Source: an uncultured Clostridia bacterium (GTDB lineage Bacteria > Bacillota > Clostridia > Christensenellales > CAG-314). From it: a stretch of 64,000 nucleotides of DNA. This document shows positions 17,862 to 28,233 of this stretch, one piece after another. A program made the translations under genes and the position numbers. Position 1 is the first letter of the stretch; the number at the start of each line of letters is the position of its first letter. Location of the stretch: positions 4,050 to 68,049 of the forward strand of contig CANQGD010000003.1 in NCBI GenBank assembly GCA_947601445.1. Reading direction: 5' to 3'. The notes below the pieces were generated by a model. That model saw only the letters and a program-made list of their open reading frames with translations. It searched no databases and was not told the DNA's origin.

Positions 17862-20800
17862 ATGCCTAAATTCAAAATTGCATGTTTCATAGTCGCCGCC
17901 GTGCTTGCGGCAGTCGGAACCATTCTCGTCGTCAACAATCTCGGCGAAAAGAACATCGGCACATTTGTAAAGCCAACCGACGACCCGAATATCTATCTCG
18001 ACAAAACGGAAGATACAGTCATCACCGATACACAACGGGATGTGAGGGAATTTTTGTTTATTGCACACAAAGTCTTGCTTAGCGGAAGCGGTTTCAAGGG
18101 CGAATCAAGCGGTACGTCTACTGCGGTAGGTATGGCGCAGAACGTACTAAACACCCGTTATGTAACAGGTGAATTCGGCAATAAAAAAGTTCTCAAAGAA
18201 ATGGTAACCAAAGGTATAGTCAAAAACGCCTATCAACTGTACCTTGTGGGGGACAACTACATTTTCCGTCAGGCGATACGTGTAAACGACTTGCACGACG
18301 TGGATTGGAAAAGCGAGGCTCAACCCCTTTCGGAAAGCGCGTTTTACAGCGGCTTCGGTCACCGTTCCGACAAACTTACCGGATACATACTCAATTGGGA
18401 TACCGTTTTGGAAGGAAATTTTGTTAGCGAAGAAAACGGTTTGTACACTTTCCATTACGTGTTGGATACGGTAACGGCAACCACATATCTCCGTCGCGAA
18501 ATGATTACCAACGGCGATCTCGACGGCGAACCCACCTTTACCAAGTGCGAAATCTATGTAACGATGGATTCCGATTTCAACGTAAAGTCACTGCGCACCG
18601 ATTGCGCTTACAACGCAAAAACAAAGGGTATTCCCGCCTCCTGTACGGAGGACATCACCGAACGGTTCGAGTCTTTCGAAGGCGATTTGCCCGAAACGGA
18701 ATTTTTCACCCCGTTTCTCGGAAAAGAACCTGCGGGCAATCTCGACAAAGAGAGCAGCGCATTGGATATGCTTATGGAAATGTTCGCTCCCTATCTCAAC
18801 GGAGAGGACGAGCTTAAAGTTCGCTTGACGGTAAGCAACGAGGGCGAACAAATATCCGATATACTTGCTCACGTGGCAGGTCTGGAAGGCGTAATGGGCG
18901 GCGAAAACGGTGCGGATTTGTCGAAACTCGCCGTAAATCTGAAAATGGGCGACCTCAATGCGTGCTATCGTCATCAAACGGGAAAAATTCTGCTTAACTA
19001 TCGCGAATTTAACGGCAGCACAACGGTAAACGGAATAAAAGACTTTATCGCCGCGCTTTCCGCGGTTACGGGAGAAAATGAAATTTCTTCCGACGGTTTG
19101 ACTTCCCTGTTGGGAGATGACCCGACCGCGTTATTGGATAAAATGCAGGGTCCCGAATATTCCGAGGACAAGAGCGTTTGTACGGTCACTTTTGCACCTT
19201 TCGACGACGCGGATATATGCGCCCGTCTGGTCGGCATACGGCAAAACGACAAGTATATATTCGACAGCGCCGACATAGACATCGGCAACGTCGGTATTCA
19301 CATTGTTCCGCAAAGTTGGACACCCGTAGCTATAAAAGAGGATTCCTGCGAAATTTTGGGCTTGACGGATTTGCTCAAAAACGGAAAAATTTCTCTTAAC
19401 GCAGACGTCAAACTTCCCATTGCGGACAGAATGTATGACGTCAACGCCGACATACTTGTCGATTTGGCAAAACTTACTGCGGAAGCTCATGCGACGTTGG
19501 GTTCCAACGGCGACGTTGATGTTTACTATGTCGACAACATAGCTTACGTGGCTTTGGGAAATATCAAATTTAAGTTGGACGTTTCGCAAACGGACAAATT
19601 AAAGGATATTTTGACACAATTTACGCAAGACGGCTTGCTTCCCGATTCCGAAACGGTTCCGTCTGAGGATTTCGATCCGAAGAACATTTTGTCGTTGCTA
19701 AGCGGTTTCGAGGTGGCTGCGTCTCAAAACGGCGCCGTTCTGACCGTGAATGTCGGAGAAATGAAAGTTTGTCTAAACCTTGTCGAGCGTGCCGACCGCT
19801 GGAATGTGGAAAGTTGCACCGCACAGGGTTACGGAATAGACGCAACTATCATCCCCGCCGAAAATTATCGGGATATTCTTGTCCCCGCCGACGCGGATTT
19901 ATATGCCGACGTGACGGAGTTTGCAGATACGTTTGACGATCCGATCGCCGCATTGGTTCAGTCCGAAACGTACGGTGCGGATTTCTCGATGAACGCTAAT
20001 GTTGACGGTCACCTCTACAATATCAGCGGCAATGTCGTATCGGACGAAGAAAAAACGCTGAAAGTCGTCGCCGTTGTCTCCGAAAACAATGTCGGTATAT
20101 TAAATGCGGAAGTAATTTACGCAAACAACATTGTTTATCTTGCCGTAAACGGCATCAGAGCGGCATTTGCGGTAACGGAGCAAGGCGCGGACGGCGATAA
20201 AGTGGAGCAAGCCTTGCAAAATCTCCTCGCCGACGAGCAATTGAAACAATTGTTGGAGGGCAACGAACAAATAAGCGAAGCCGTTGCCGAAGTGGGCGGA
20301 ATTATACAAAAAGTAAAGCAATTCGATCCCGAAAGTCTTTGGGATGTGGATTTCACTACGGTAGTTACCCGTTTCCTGTTTGCCGACGGCACATTGTCGC
20401 TGACGGTTGACGGCAGTGCGTTCGGATTGGAAGGGGCGGAACTCTCCTGCGATTTGTCTGTAAAAGACGGCAATCTTGCCGTTGAAATACACGATTTGGA
20501 ATTGGCGGATATTCAGCTCGATTGCGCCGTTACGCTGCTTTCCGACATCGAGCGGATAACCGTTCCGTCCGCGGAGGACTACATACTTAATTTGCGCGGA
20601 GAAATAATGGGCGCACAGCTCGATATTTCGCTCGATCTTGTAAATATGGACATATGGTCATGTGTGCATTTCGGCAAGGAAGACGCATATTTCCGCTTTG
20701 TTGACGGCAAATTGCTGTTGCTGTTCGGCGGCGCGAGAGTGGCGGTGGATGTAGAAGATTTGTCCGCCGTTACGGATAAGGTTAAAACTCTTTTGGAAGA

Positions 20801-23800
20801 AACCGCGCCCGACGCGACGGACACAAAGCAAATTACCGATTTGTTGGCTATCGTTTCCGCATTGAGCGTAAACTTTACGGACGAACAACCCAATATTTCC
20901 TTTGACGGAGAAGGCTTGTCCGTGCGCGCAAACTTCACAAACAAGGACGGCAATCTGTTATTTGACAATTTAACGGTGAATTTCGTCGTCGGCGAGGAAA
21001 GTTACGAAGCAAAACTTACGCAGCAGACCGAACAGGCATACAGACTGCATTCCGATCTGTTATATATCGACGGCAACAGACTTATAGACGAAATTCTCGA
21101 CACCGTGATCGCCTTCAAAGACGCGAAAGGCTTTGCGATAAACGCAGAATTGAATTTGAATGTCAACGGAAACGCTTATATTGCCGAAATCGATCTCAAC
21201 CTCAACGGCGGAGTGTACGGCACATTGTCGTTGCGTGACGTTGAAAACGCGCCGCTTGTGTCCGCCGAGGTCTATTTCGTCGACGGAGTACTGTATTTCG
21301 ACATAAACGGAATACGTCAATCCGTTGATCTTTCTCAAACTCAACCGAACGCGAGCGACGTAAATTTGGCGGGTATTCTCGACGAAATGAGAGGCTCCAA
21401 CGAGTTGTTGGACAGCCTGTTGAAGGTGTTGGACAACCTTCCTTCCGATCCTCGCGAATTGGTATACTCCGAATTTATTTCCGATTTGTACCAAGACGAA
21501 ACTTCCCTTTACTTGCTGTCCGATCTTTCACAGCTCGATTTGGGCGATGTGGCGCTTGTATTCAAATTGGGTGCAAAACCCACCGTATCGATATACGGCT
21601 TGTCCGTCGGAGAAGTTTCAGCCAATGCAAAGATCGCACTGGACAAATCCTACCGTGCGGTAAAAGCGCCGCAGTCCGACTACACGACGGATATTTCCGT
21701 CAGCCTCGGCGAAGGTATCCGTGCGGGAGTACATCTCGATCTGTTCAACAAATCGGTATACGGAGAGTTGAATTTGTACAACAACGGTATTTTGTTCGAG
21801 TATCTGAACCGTGAGATATTCCTTCAATTCGGAAATATTTCCGCTAAACTTGCTGTGGATGACTTCGGCAAGTTGCTAGAAACGGTAAACAAATTTACGG
21901 GTGACTCCTCGGATAATCAACAAATTTCGGATGTGCTCAAACAGGCTCTCGGCAAATTGATATTCCAACGCACGGCAATCGACGGAGGTTATTGCGTAAA
22001 TATCGATATTTCGCAAGACGCGAGCGCCGCAGTATTCTTCCTTTGCGACGGCGACAAGGTCGCAATTGACAGTTTGAAGCTCAATCTCAGCGAAAGGGAA
22101 ATCGTATTGAGGTTTACCGATTCGGTCGATGTGCGGAGAGTGGATATGAACCGCACGTTTGTGGAATTAGCTCAACCGATCGACGCATTTGACGATCTCA
22201 TTGCCCGATTGATCTCGGCAAACAGCTACGGCGCAGCCTTCGAACTCAACGTAAAATTGGGCGGCAAACCCTACACGTTGAGAGGCAATTTCACATTGGA
22301 CGAATATCGCAATATACAGGTAAATGGCACCGTTTATGACGGAGAAACGGGCATTGTCGATCTGGATGTAATTGTTTCCGGCGACAAGGTGTTCCTCACC
22401 GTAAACGGCATAAAGGCGACGTTCAAGTTGGGCAAAAACGACGGTACCGGCGATATTGCTCAGACCTTTGAAAGCCTTATGGAAAACGAGCAAATAGCCG
22501 CGCTTTTGGAAGGGAACAGCGATATAGCCGATTTGATACGTCAAATAAAATCTGTTGCGGAAAACATAAGCAGTAAAAAGTTGTCCGAAGTCAACTTTGA
22601 AAAGCTGCTTGGCTCGCTCACGTATAATGTTGACGATTCCGGCGTAAAAACGCTCTCGTTGCAGATTGACGCAAGTGAATTTGATTTGGGTACGTTTGAT
22701 TTGGAACTTCGCAACGACGATGATATTCTTACCGTTGCCGTCAAAAACTTGAAATTGGGTAACATTCAAATAGACAGCGCGCAAGCGACTGTACAATCCG
22801 ACGTGTCTGCGATAGACGTGCCCGAAAAAGATTATCTGCTGAAACTTCATATCGCGGGAGAAGAATTGGGCATATCTGCGGACATCACTGCGAATTTGTA
22901 CTCCATGGATATTTGGGGAACGGTACAATACGTCAACAACGAAATAGACGGTTTGCCCGTCAATGAAACGCTGTCGCTGCGTTTTGTAAATAAAGAGTTG
23001 TATTTGAGTCTCAACAACATAAATCTCAAATTTAACGTCAACAAGTTGGGCGGACTTATCGACAGAGTGAAGAATCTTTTGAGCAAGGACGGCTCCTCCG
23101 ATATGAATCTCAACGAAATATTGTCGCACCTGCAATTCGATCTTGCGGGTGATCACAAACTCGTATATGAATCCGACGGAATGACCGTTTCGGTAAACTT
23201 CTCTCCCGACGCCGACAACAAACTTGTTTTCGACAACATTTCGGTGACGCTCGGCGGCAAAAAAATAGAGATAAACAACAATTGGAAGGCTCACGCGCAG
23301 CTTGACACGGACGGCAAATTTACGGTTGCAGACAATATGGCAGACAAATTGCTTGCCGTAGTCGAACGCTTTATAAACGCCGATCATTTCAACGTCGGCT
23401 TGACCGCGACAGTTTCGACGGGCGACCGCGAGTATACAGCCAATGTAAATATCAATTACAACAACGGAATTTGCGCTTCCGTCACATTGAGTGAGAAAGA
23501 TTTGTTGCTTGTTTGCGCAACAATAACGCTCAAAGATCACACGTTGTATATAGACGCTAACGGTATTCAACAAAAATTCGTCCTGCCCGAATCGTCGGCA
23601 AAGGAGGGCGACTTTGACGTTCAATCGTTGAAAGATATTCTTGACAAACTGTTTGGCATAAACGGTTTCATCGACGAAATAATGACAAATCTTGCCGATT
23701 TCGAAACCGTATCCGATTTGTTGACGAGTCTCGACATCAACGGCGACCTTCTTACTGCAACCGTTTCGGAAAAACTCGGTTTGGGAGCCATCCGAGTCAC

Positions 23801-26800
23801 ATTCGACGCAAACTCAACCAAGTTGAGTCTTTATGATTTGAAAATCGGTTCCGCATCCGTCGATTTCTCCGCCGAGTTAAAAGACAGCAACGGCGAAGTA
23901 ACGGTTCCCGACGGAGAATTTACAACAGAACTGCATCTCGATCTCGGCGAAATCGGCAGTGCGAGCGTAGAATTGGATTTGTTCAACAATCGCATTTACG
24001 GCTTGGCAAAGATATACGGCAACAACCTGACTTTCGAGTTCAACACGAAAAAGACAAAAGACGCATGCAACGTATTTATCATATTGGGCGACAGTACGAC
24101 AGGCGCCAAGTTGAAGTTCGATACGGACGATATCGGTTCTTTGATAGAACAATTGAGCAACTTCGGAGTAACCCTTCCCGAAATCGGCTCCGACGGAGAT
24201 ATTATAGATACGTTAAAGACGGTTTTGCAATCATGCAAAATCAAGCCTTTGGAAGAAGCGGAAGGATATGAGCTTACTTTGGAAATAAGCGGCGTAACCG
24301 TTAAAATCGAATTTACAAAGGAAACCGTTGAAGTCGAATCTGCAAAGGAAAAAGACATCGTCAAACTCGGTAACGTCAAAGTGAGCGTCAACGGATTTGA
24401 AATAACCGGTTCTTTGCAAAAAGACGCGGAGAATGTCGGTATCGAGGACATCAACTCCAATGAATATATTGACGTTATGAGTTTGCTTGAAAAATTTGCC
24501 GCTCCCATCGGCAAATTGATTGAAACGGAAACGGGAACATATCAAATAGACAATTTAAGCGGCACCGTAAAAATAGGCGATAACACATATTCCCTTTCCA
24601 ATGCGATCGTGAAATTCGATGTCAATGGCAATTTGTACATAAAGTTGGACCTTTCCTACAACGGGACGACTATGTTTGACGATCTGGAAATTTGGTTGAT
24701 AGACAAGAACCTTTACGTACAGGAAGGCGAATTGAAACTTGCTTTGCCTCTCAACGACTCCAAGTCAAGCGATACGTCATTGGACGAAATCAAAGATCAG
24801 CTCAAAGCTTTCAAAAACAAGATCGACGGGTTGGAACCCATTATCGATTGGATTCTTTCCGTATTGAACAAGGACCTTTTGTCTCTCGACTTCACAGAGA
24901 TGTTGAACAACTTGACCTTCGATGATTCGCTCGGCGTAACGATAAACGGCGCTCAGATAGGCTTGTCCGAATTTGGCTTGACGTTGAATACAACCGCTAA
25001 CGACGGCATAAGTCAGGACGGCATTAGTCTGCAAGTAAACGAAGGCAGTAAGATAATGGCGTACGACGCCGAACACAACGCAGTATTTGAAATTTACGGT
25101 CTTTACGCCGAAATATCGGACGGCAACGCCATAGAAAAACCGGGCGACGACTTCAAAACAAACCTCGTTGTAAAATTGGATGAAAGCAACACGTTGTATG
25201 CCGAAATCGACCTGTTCAACAAGGTGTTCAAAATGAAGATTGTCAGCACCGACGCCAATGGCAATCAAGTTACGCTCGATCTGTTGTATCAAGACGAAAC
25301 CAAAACTCTCAAAATCACCGATGGTACAAAACTGTACATTTCGGTGAACATCAACAGTATCGGCAGCATGATAAACGCCATCAACACGATAGTCAACGAA
25401 CAAGCCGGCAGCGATCCCAACTCGAAATTGCCCGGTTTGGATAAACTTGGCGACGGCTTGAATATTGACGAAATTCTGCGTTCGCTCGCCTTGTATCAGG
25501 ATCAAAATCAAGTAAAATTGAACCTCAAAGTACTTGGTTTGGATATGACGGTGAGCTTTGACAGCGGAACAATATCCGCACATGTTCCCGTCGTTGACGG
25601 TATCGAATTGAATATCGAATCGGGCGTTCTGCCCTCGAAAGACGGCACGCAGATGCAGTACGGAGAATTTCTTCCGGCAGATGACAACAAATATGTGCAC
25701 GTGGACGAAGTATTCAACGATTTCTACATTGGCAACGGCACGGATGATAATCCCGATGGACCGATTTACGAATTGGTTACCACCAACGCTTGGCGTTTCG
25801 ATTTCACGGGCAATGCCGATATCAGTATCGGCGGCAGTGGCGAGTACCGTATCGCAAATGGATCGTACTTTATATTCGCCTTCAACAAATCGGAAACGGA
25901 GTTCAGTCTAAAACAAATGTTGGATGCGTTGGGGAACAACAGCACCAAACAAGACGGCTATGACATGTTGTTTAAGTTGCTCAACACGTTGCAACTAAGG
26001 GCAAACCTTACCATTCAAAAGCAAGACGGCGCCGTTTACAAAGATATTATGTATTTGGATATCGCCTTGCTGAGATATGCGGGTGCGGACAACAAAGACG
26101 GTGCCAAGTCTCGTTTGTACATTCACTACGACACATGCAAGCCGATTCAGGCCGAAGACGGCACATATTCTCGTACGGGCGAACTCAACATAACGTTGAG
26201 TATAGACGCTTTGAAAAACGTTATCGGACTCAAAGACGCTTTGGACAAAGTCTTGGGCGGAATGATATCCAAGTTAGTCGACAACATCAATGGCGCCATT
26301 GCCGACTTGCAAAACAACAAATCCAAGTTACAAATCGGTACGCTTGCCAGCTTGTTTACGTCGGTCAGCTATGACGAAGAAATGAATTTCAAGTTGAAAT
26401 TGAACGGCAACACAATCAGCAAAAAGCTAGGTGAACTCAACCTTAGCGTCAGCGCCTATGGCGGCGCAGAAGGTGTGGGAGCCGCCAAACGTGGCAGAGG
26501 TCTCCAATTGAATGAATTTACATTCGGCAACGATGATTTCAGTATCAACTTGACCAATATAATTGTATCCGCCGCCACCTCTATTGAAATCAAGGACGAC
26601 GACGGCAAAGTGACGGGACATGACTACGACTACGTAATCTACGGCATCAACAGCTACCTGCAAGACCATGTCGCAAAGACGGGCAGTGTCGACGCTCCCA
26701 CTGTACTCAACCCCGAAGGCGCGCTCAGCACTATCGACAGCTTCAACAAGTCCAACGTGGCGGCTTGGGGTAGCGACAAGGGCTACAATATGAGCAACCA

Positions 26801-27914
26801 CATCAATTTGGACAGTATCTATCAATTGGCGGCGTCGTTGGTCATCACCGCGGGTAGAGACGACGGCAACGGTCACAGATCGTTCAAGATCGAAGGACCG
26901 TTGAAATTGAGCATTACCGTGCTTGGTTTTGAAGTAAAAGAGGTATCTATTCCGATACTGTTCTATGCCGATATAGACGAAAACGGCGACTCCTACTTCG
27001 CAGTGAAAATTCACAGAGATCGCGAGAGAGCGATGGGAGCTGATTTGTTCGGAGATCGTGGTGGCGACTCTTATTTGACGTTTACCACTAACGACGGAAA
27101 CGGCAAACCCGTATTCAATGTTTACAGAAACTCAAACAACAGTCACATTTGTCCTAAGTGTTCTTCCTTGGACAATTATACGGTAGTAGTAGAAGAAGGA
27201 GCATGGATTAAAACAAAGAATATATACAGAATATGCAAAAACAAAGCGTGTTCAAATTATGGGAAAGGGCAGAAAGTCACCACATGGAGCGATTGGTCAA
27301 CAACGGGCAAGATGGATTCGGAATATTTGAAGTCGGGAGAACCGGGTTTTAAGGACGAAGGTATTTCTCCTGCCGAATTTATGGCTAATTTGCTCGGAGG
27401 AGAGAGAAGCGAAAGAGGTTACCTGTTTGACCTACTCAATCTCGGCAGTATCGATGTGCCTTTGCTTACCAAAATCTGTTTGGATCAAACAATCAAAGAC
27501 GCCATGAATGACCCTACCAAGGAATTTGGTATTGAGGATGTGTTGGACACGGGTGAATCCTATAATTACGGAACTTCTTCTTCGGGCGATATGCAGTTTG
27601 AGATCATTGCAAATCTCTTGTCAATTTCCGACGGCTTGGGAACGCTCACTGTCAACATTCACCACTCGGGAGACTTCAACGACTTGTACAGTTACAATAG
27701 TGCAACGGATAAGTGGGAGTACGACGCCCAAAAGATTGCGGCAATCAATTTGTCGCGGCTGGAAGGTAACATCGGTTTGGCAAAAGGCTTTGTGCATATA
27801 GACTTCGATTTGCAACACACAACACCCGGATACGGTACCGCTTGGTACTTTAATTCCGACTTGAAGCAAATGTGGAAGAACCCCGAAGTTTGGGAAAAAG
27901 GCTACGCCGGCTGA
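17862..27914 (+). CDS. Giant (3350 aa) membrane-anchored modular repeat protein, family unknown
   Basis: A single uninterrupted ORF with an N-terminal TM (ACFIVAAVLAAVGTILVV). It contains at least 11 diverged ~190-aa modules carrying the motif VY(F/Y)VD(G/N)xLYLxxNGI(K/R)xxFxL, three ~750-aa super-repeats, and a C-terminal Cys4 element. Confidence 0.85.
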   Translation: MPKFKIACFIVAAVLAAVGTILVVNNLGEKNIGTFVKPTDDPNIYLDKTEDTVITDTQRDVREFLFIAHKVLLSGSGFKGESSGTSTAVGMAQNVLNTRYVTGEFGNKKVLKEMVTKGIVKNAYQLYLVGDNYIFRQAIRVNDLHDVDWKSEAQPLSESAFYSGFGHRSDKLTGYILNWDTVLEGNFVSEENGLYTFHYVLDTVTATTYLRREMITNGDLDGEPTFTKCEIYVTMDSDFNVKSLRTDCAYNAKTKGIPASCTEDITERFESFEGDLPETEFFTPFLGKEPAGNLDKESSALDMLMEMFAPYLNGEDELKVRLTVSNEGEQISDILAHVAGLEGVMGGENGADLSKLAVNLKMGDLNACYRHQTGKILLNYREFNGSTTVNGIKDFIAALSAVTGENEISSDGLTSLLGDDPTALLDKMQGPEYSEDKSVCTVTFAPFDDADICARLVGIRQNDKYIFDSADIDIGNVGIHIVPQSWTPVAIKEDSCEILGLTDLLKNGKISLNADVKLPIADRMYDVNADILVDLAKLTAEAHATLGSNGDVDVYYVDNIAYVALGNIKFKLDVSQTDKLKDILTQFTQDGLLPDSETVPSEDFDPKNILSLLSGFEVAASQNGAVLTVNVGEMKVCLNLVERADRWNVESCTAQGYGIDATIIPAENYRDILVPADADLYADVTEFADTFDDPIAALVQSETYGADFSMNANVDGHLYNISGNVVSDEEKTLKVVAVVSENNVGILNAEVIYANNIVYLAVNGIRAAFAVTEQGADGDKVEQALQNLLADEQLKQLLEGNEQISEAVAEVGGIIQKVKQFDPESLWDVDFTTVVTRFLFADGTLSLTVDGSAFGLEGAELSCDLSVKDGNLAVEIHDLELADIQLDCAVTLLSDIERITVPSAEDYILNLRGEIMGAQLDISLDLVNMDIWSCVHFGKEDAYFRFVDGKLLLLFGGARVAVDVEDLSAVTDKVKTLLEETAPDATDTKQITDLLAIVSALSVNFTDEQPNISFDGEGLSVRANFTNKDGNLLFDNLTVNFVVGEESYEAKLTQQTEQAYRLHSDLLYIDGNRLIDEILDTVIAFKDAKGFAINAELNLNVNGNAYIAEIDLNLNGGVYGTLSLRDVENAPLVSAEVYFVDGVLYFDINGIRQSVDLSQTQPNASDVNLAGILDEMRGSNELLDSLLKVLDNLPSDPRELVYSEFISDLYQDETSLYLLSDLSQLDLGDVALVFKLGAKPTVSIYGLSVGEVSANAKIALDKSYRAVKAPQSDYTTDISVSLGEGIRAGVHLDLFNKSVYGELNLYNNGILFEYLNREIFLQFGNISAKLAVDDFGKLLETVNKFTGDSSDNQQISDVLKQALGKLIFQRTAIDGGYCVNIDISQDASAAVFFLCDGDKVAIDSLKLNLSEREIVLRFTDSVDVRRVDMNRTFVELAQPIDAFDDLIARLISANSYGAAFELNVKLGGKPYTLRGNFTLDEYRNIQVNGTVYDGETGIVDLDVIVSGDKVFLTVNGIKATFKLGKNDGTGDIAQTFESLMENEQIAALLEGNSDIADLIRQIKSVAENISSKKLSEVNFEKLLGSLTYNVDDSGVKTLSLQIDASEFDLGTFDLELRNDDDILTVAVKNLKLGNIQIDSAQATVQSDVSAIDVPEKDYLLKLHIAGEELGISADITANLYSMDIWGTVQYVNNEIDGLPVNETLSLRFVNKELYLSLNNINLKFNVNKLGGLIDRVKNLLSKDGSSDMNLNEILSHLQFDLAGDHKLVYESDGMTVSVNFSPDADNKLVFDNISVTLGGKKIEINNNWKAHAQLDTDGKFTVADNMADKLLAVVERFINADHFNVGLTATVSTGDREYTANVNINYNNGICASVTLSEKDLLLVCATITLKDHTLYIDANGIQQKFVLPESSAKEGDFDVQSLKDILDKLFGINGFIDEIMTNLADFETVSDLLTSLDINGDLLTATVSEKLGLGAIRVTFDANSTKLSLYDLKIGSASVDFSAELKDSNGEVTVPDGEFTTELHLDLGEIGSASVELDLFNNRIYGLAKIYGNNLTFEFNTKKTKDACNVFIILGDSTTGAKLKFDTDDIGSLIEQLSNFGVTLPEIGSDGDIIDTLKTVLQSCKIKPLEEAEGYELTLEISGVTVKIEFTKETVEVESAKEKDIVKLGNVKVSVNGFEITGSLQKDAENVGIEDINSNEYIDVMSLLEKFAAPIGKLIETETGTYQIDNLSGTVKIGDNTYSLSNAIVKFDVNGNLYIKLDLSYNGTTMFDDLEIWLIDKNLYVQEGELKLALPLNDSKSSDTSLDEIKDQLKAFKNKIDGLEPIIDWILSVLNKDLLSLDFTEMLNNLTFDDSLGVTINGAQIGLSEFGLTLNTTANDGISQDGISLQVNEGSKIMAYDAEHNAVFEIYGLYAEISDGNAIEKPGDDFKTNLVVKLDESNTLYAEIDLFNKVFKMKIVSTDANGNQVTLDLLYQDETKTLKITDGTKLYISVNINSIGSMINAINTIVNEQAGSDPNSKLPGLDKLGDGLNIDEILRSLALYQDQNQVKLNLKVLGLDMTVSFDSGTISAHVPVVDGIELNIESGVLPSKDGTQMQYGEFLPADDNKYVHVDEVFNDFYIGNGTDDNPDGPIYELVTTNAWRFDFTGNADISIGGSGEYRIANGSYFIFAFNKSETEFSLKQMLDALGNNSTKQDGYDMLFKLLNTLQLRANLTIQKQDGAVYKDIMYLDIALLRYAGADNKDGAKSRLYIHYDTCKPIQAEDGTYSRTGELNITLSIDALKNVIGLKDALDKVLGGMISKLVDNINGAIADLQNNKSKLQIGTLASLFTSVSYDEEMNFKLKLNGNTISKKLGELNLSVSAYGGAEGVGAAKRGRGLQLNEFTFGNDDFSINLTNIIVSAATSIEIKDDDGKVTGHDYDYVIYGINSYLQDHVAKTGSVDAPTVLNPEGALSTIDSFNKSNVAAWGSDKGYNMSNHINLDSIYQLAASLVITAGRDDGNGHRSFKIEGPLKLSITVLGFEVKEVSIPILFYADIDENGDSYFAVKIHRDRERAMGADLFGDRGGDSYLTFTTNDGNGKPVFNVYRNSNNSHICPKCSSLDNYTVVVEEGAWIKTKNIYRICKNKACSNYGKGQKVTTWSDWSTTGKMDSEYLKSGEPGFKDEGISPAEFMANLLGGERSERGYLFDLLNLGSIDVPLLTKICLDQTIKDAMNDPTKEFGIEDVLDTGESYNYGTSSSGDMQFEIIANLLSISDGLGTLTVNIHHSGDFNDLYSYNSATDKWEYDAQKIAAINLSRLEGNIGLAKGFVHIDFDLQHTTPGYGTAWYFNSDLKQMWKNPEVWEKGYAG

Positions 27915-27933
27915 TCCGATACTAACAAAATCA

Positions 27934-27969
27934 AAGCGCCTGCTTGTTTGCAGGCGCTTTACTTTTGCG
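27934..27969 (+). terminator. Rho-independent terminator of the giant gene
   Basis: Stem aaagcgcctgc / gcaggcgcttt followed by a T-rich tail. Confidence 0.7.
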
Positions 27970-28233
27970 TATTTGAACATATCTGCATTTGCGCATACAC
28001 GCATATTTGAAAATGGTGCGGCGGCGAGATAGCGCGCAGGATTGTGTTACTACTGTATAAAAAGCAAACCGATCTCAGACGAAAAGAACGGTTTGGTAAA
28101 TGTTTGCAATTTAACCGTCTATTGCGCATAACCGAAGAGTTTTTTCGGCTATAAATTTTACGCTTGTAAAATTCGGAGCTAGGGCGTTCGGTGAAAAATA
28201 ATCTGCAACAATTTTGCCGCACGATTGATCTGT

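Noticed and set aside
22167-23624. A 485-aa minus-strand ORF, plus other antisense ORFs (for example 24777..25700 and 26427..27014), inside the giant gene.
   Set aside because: They lie entirely antisense to a much longer, motif-bearing ORF. Their composition is low-information and rich in F, V, R and Y, which is typical of shadow frames. They have no RBS and no recognisable motifs.
15370-25400. Periodic repeats considered as a CRISPR array or non-coding tandem repeats.
   Set aside because: The periodicities (about 260 nt and about 575 nt) lie in frame inside long ORFs and are conserved at the protein level, not the nucleotide level. There is no short repeat-spacer structure, and no cas genes are present in the window.
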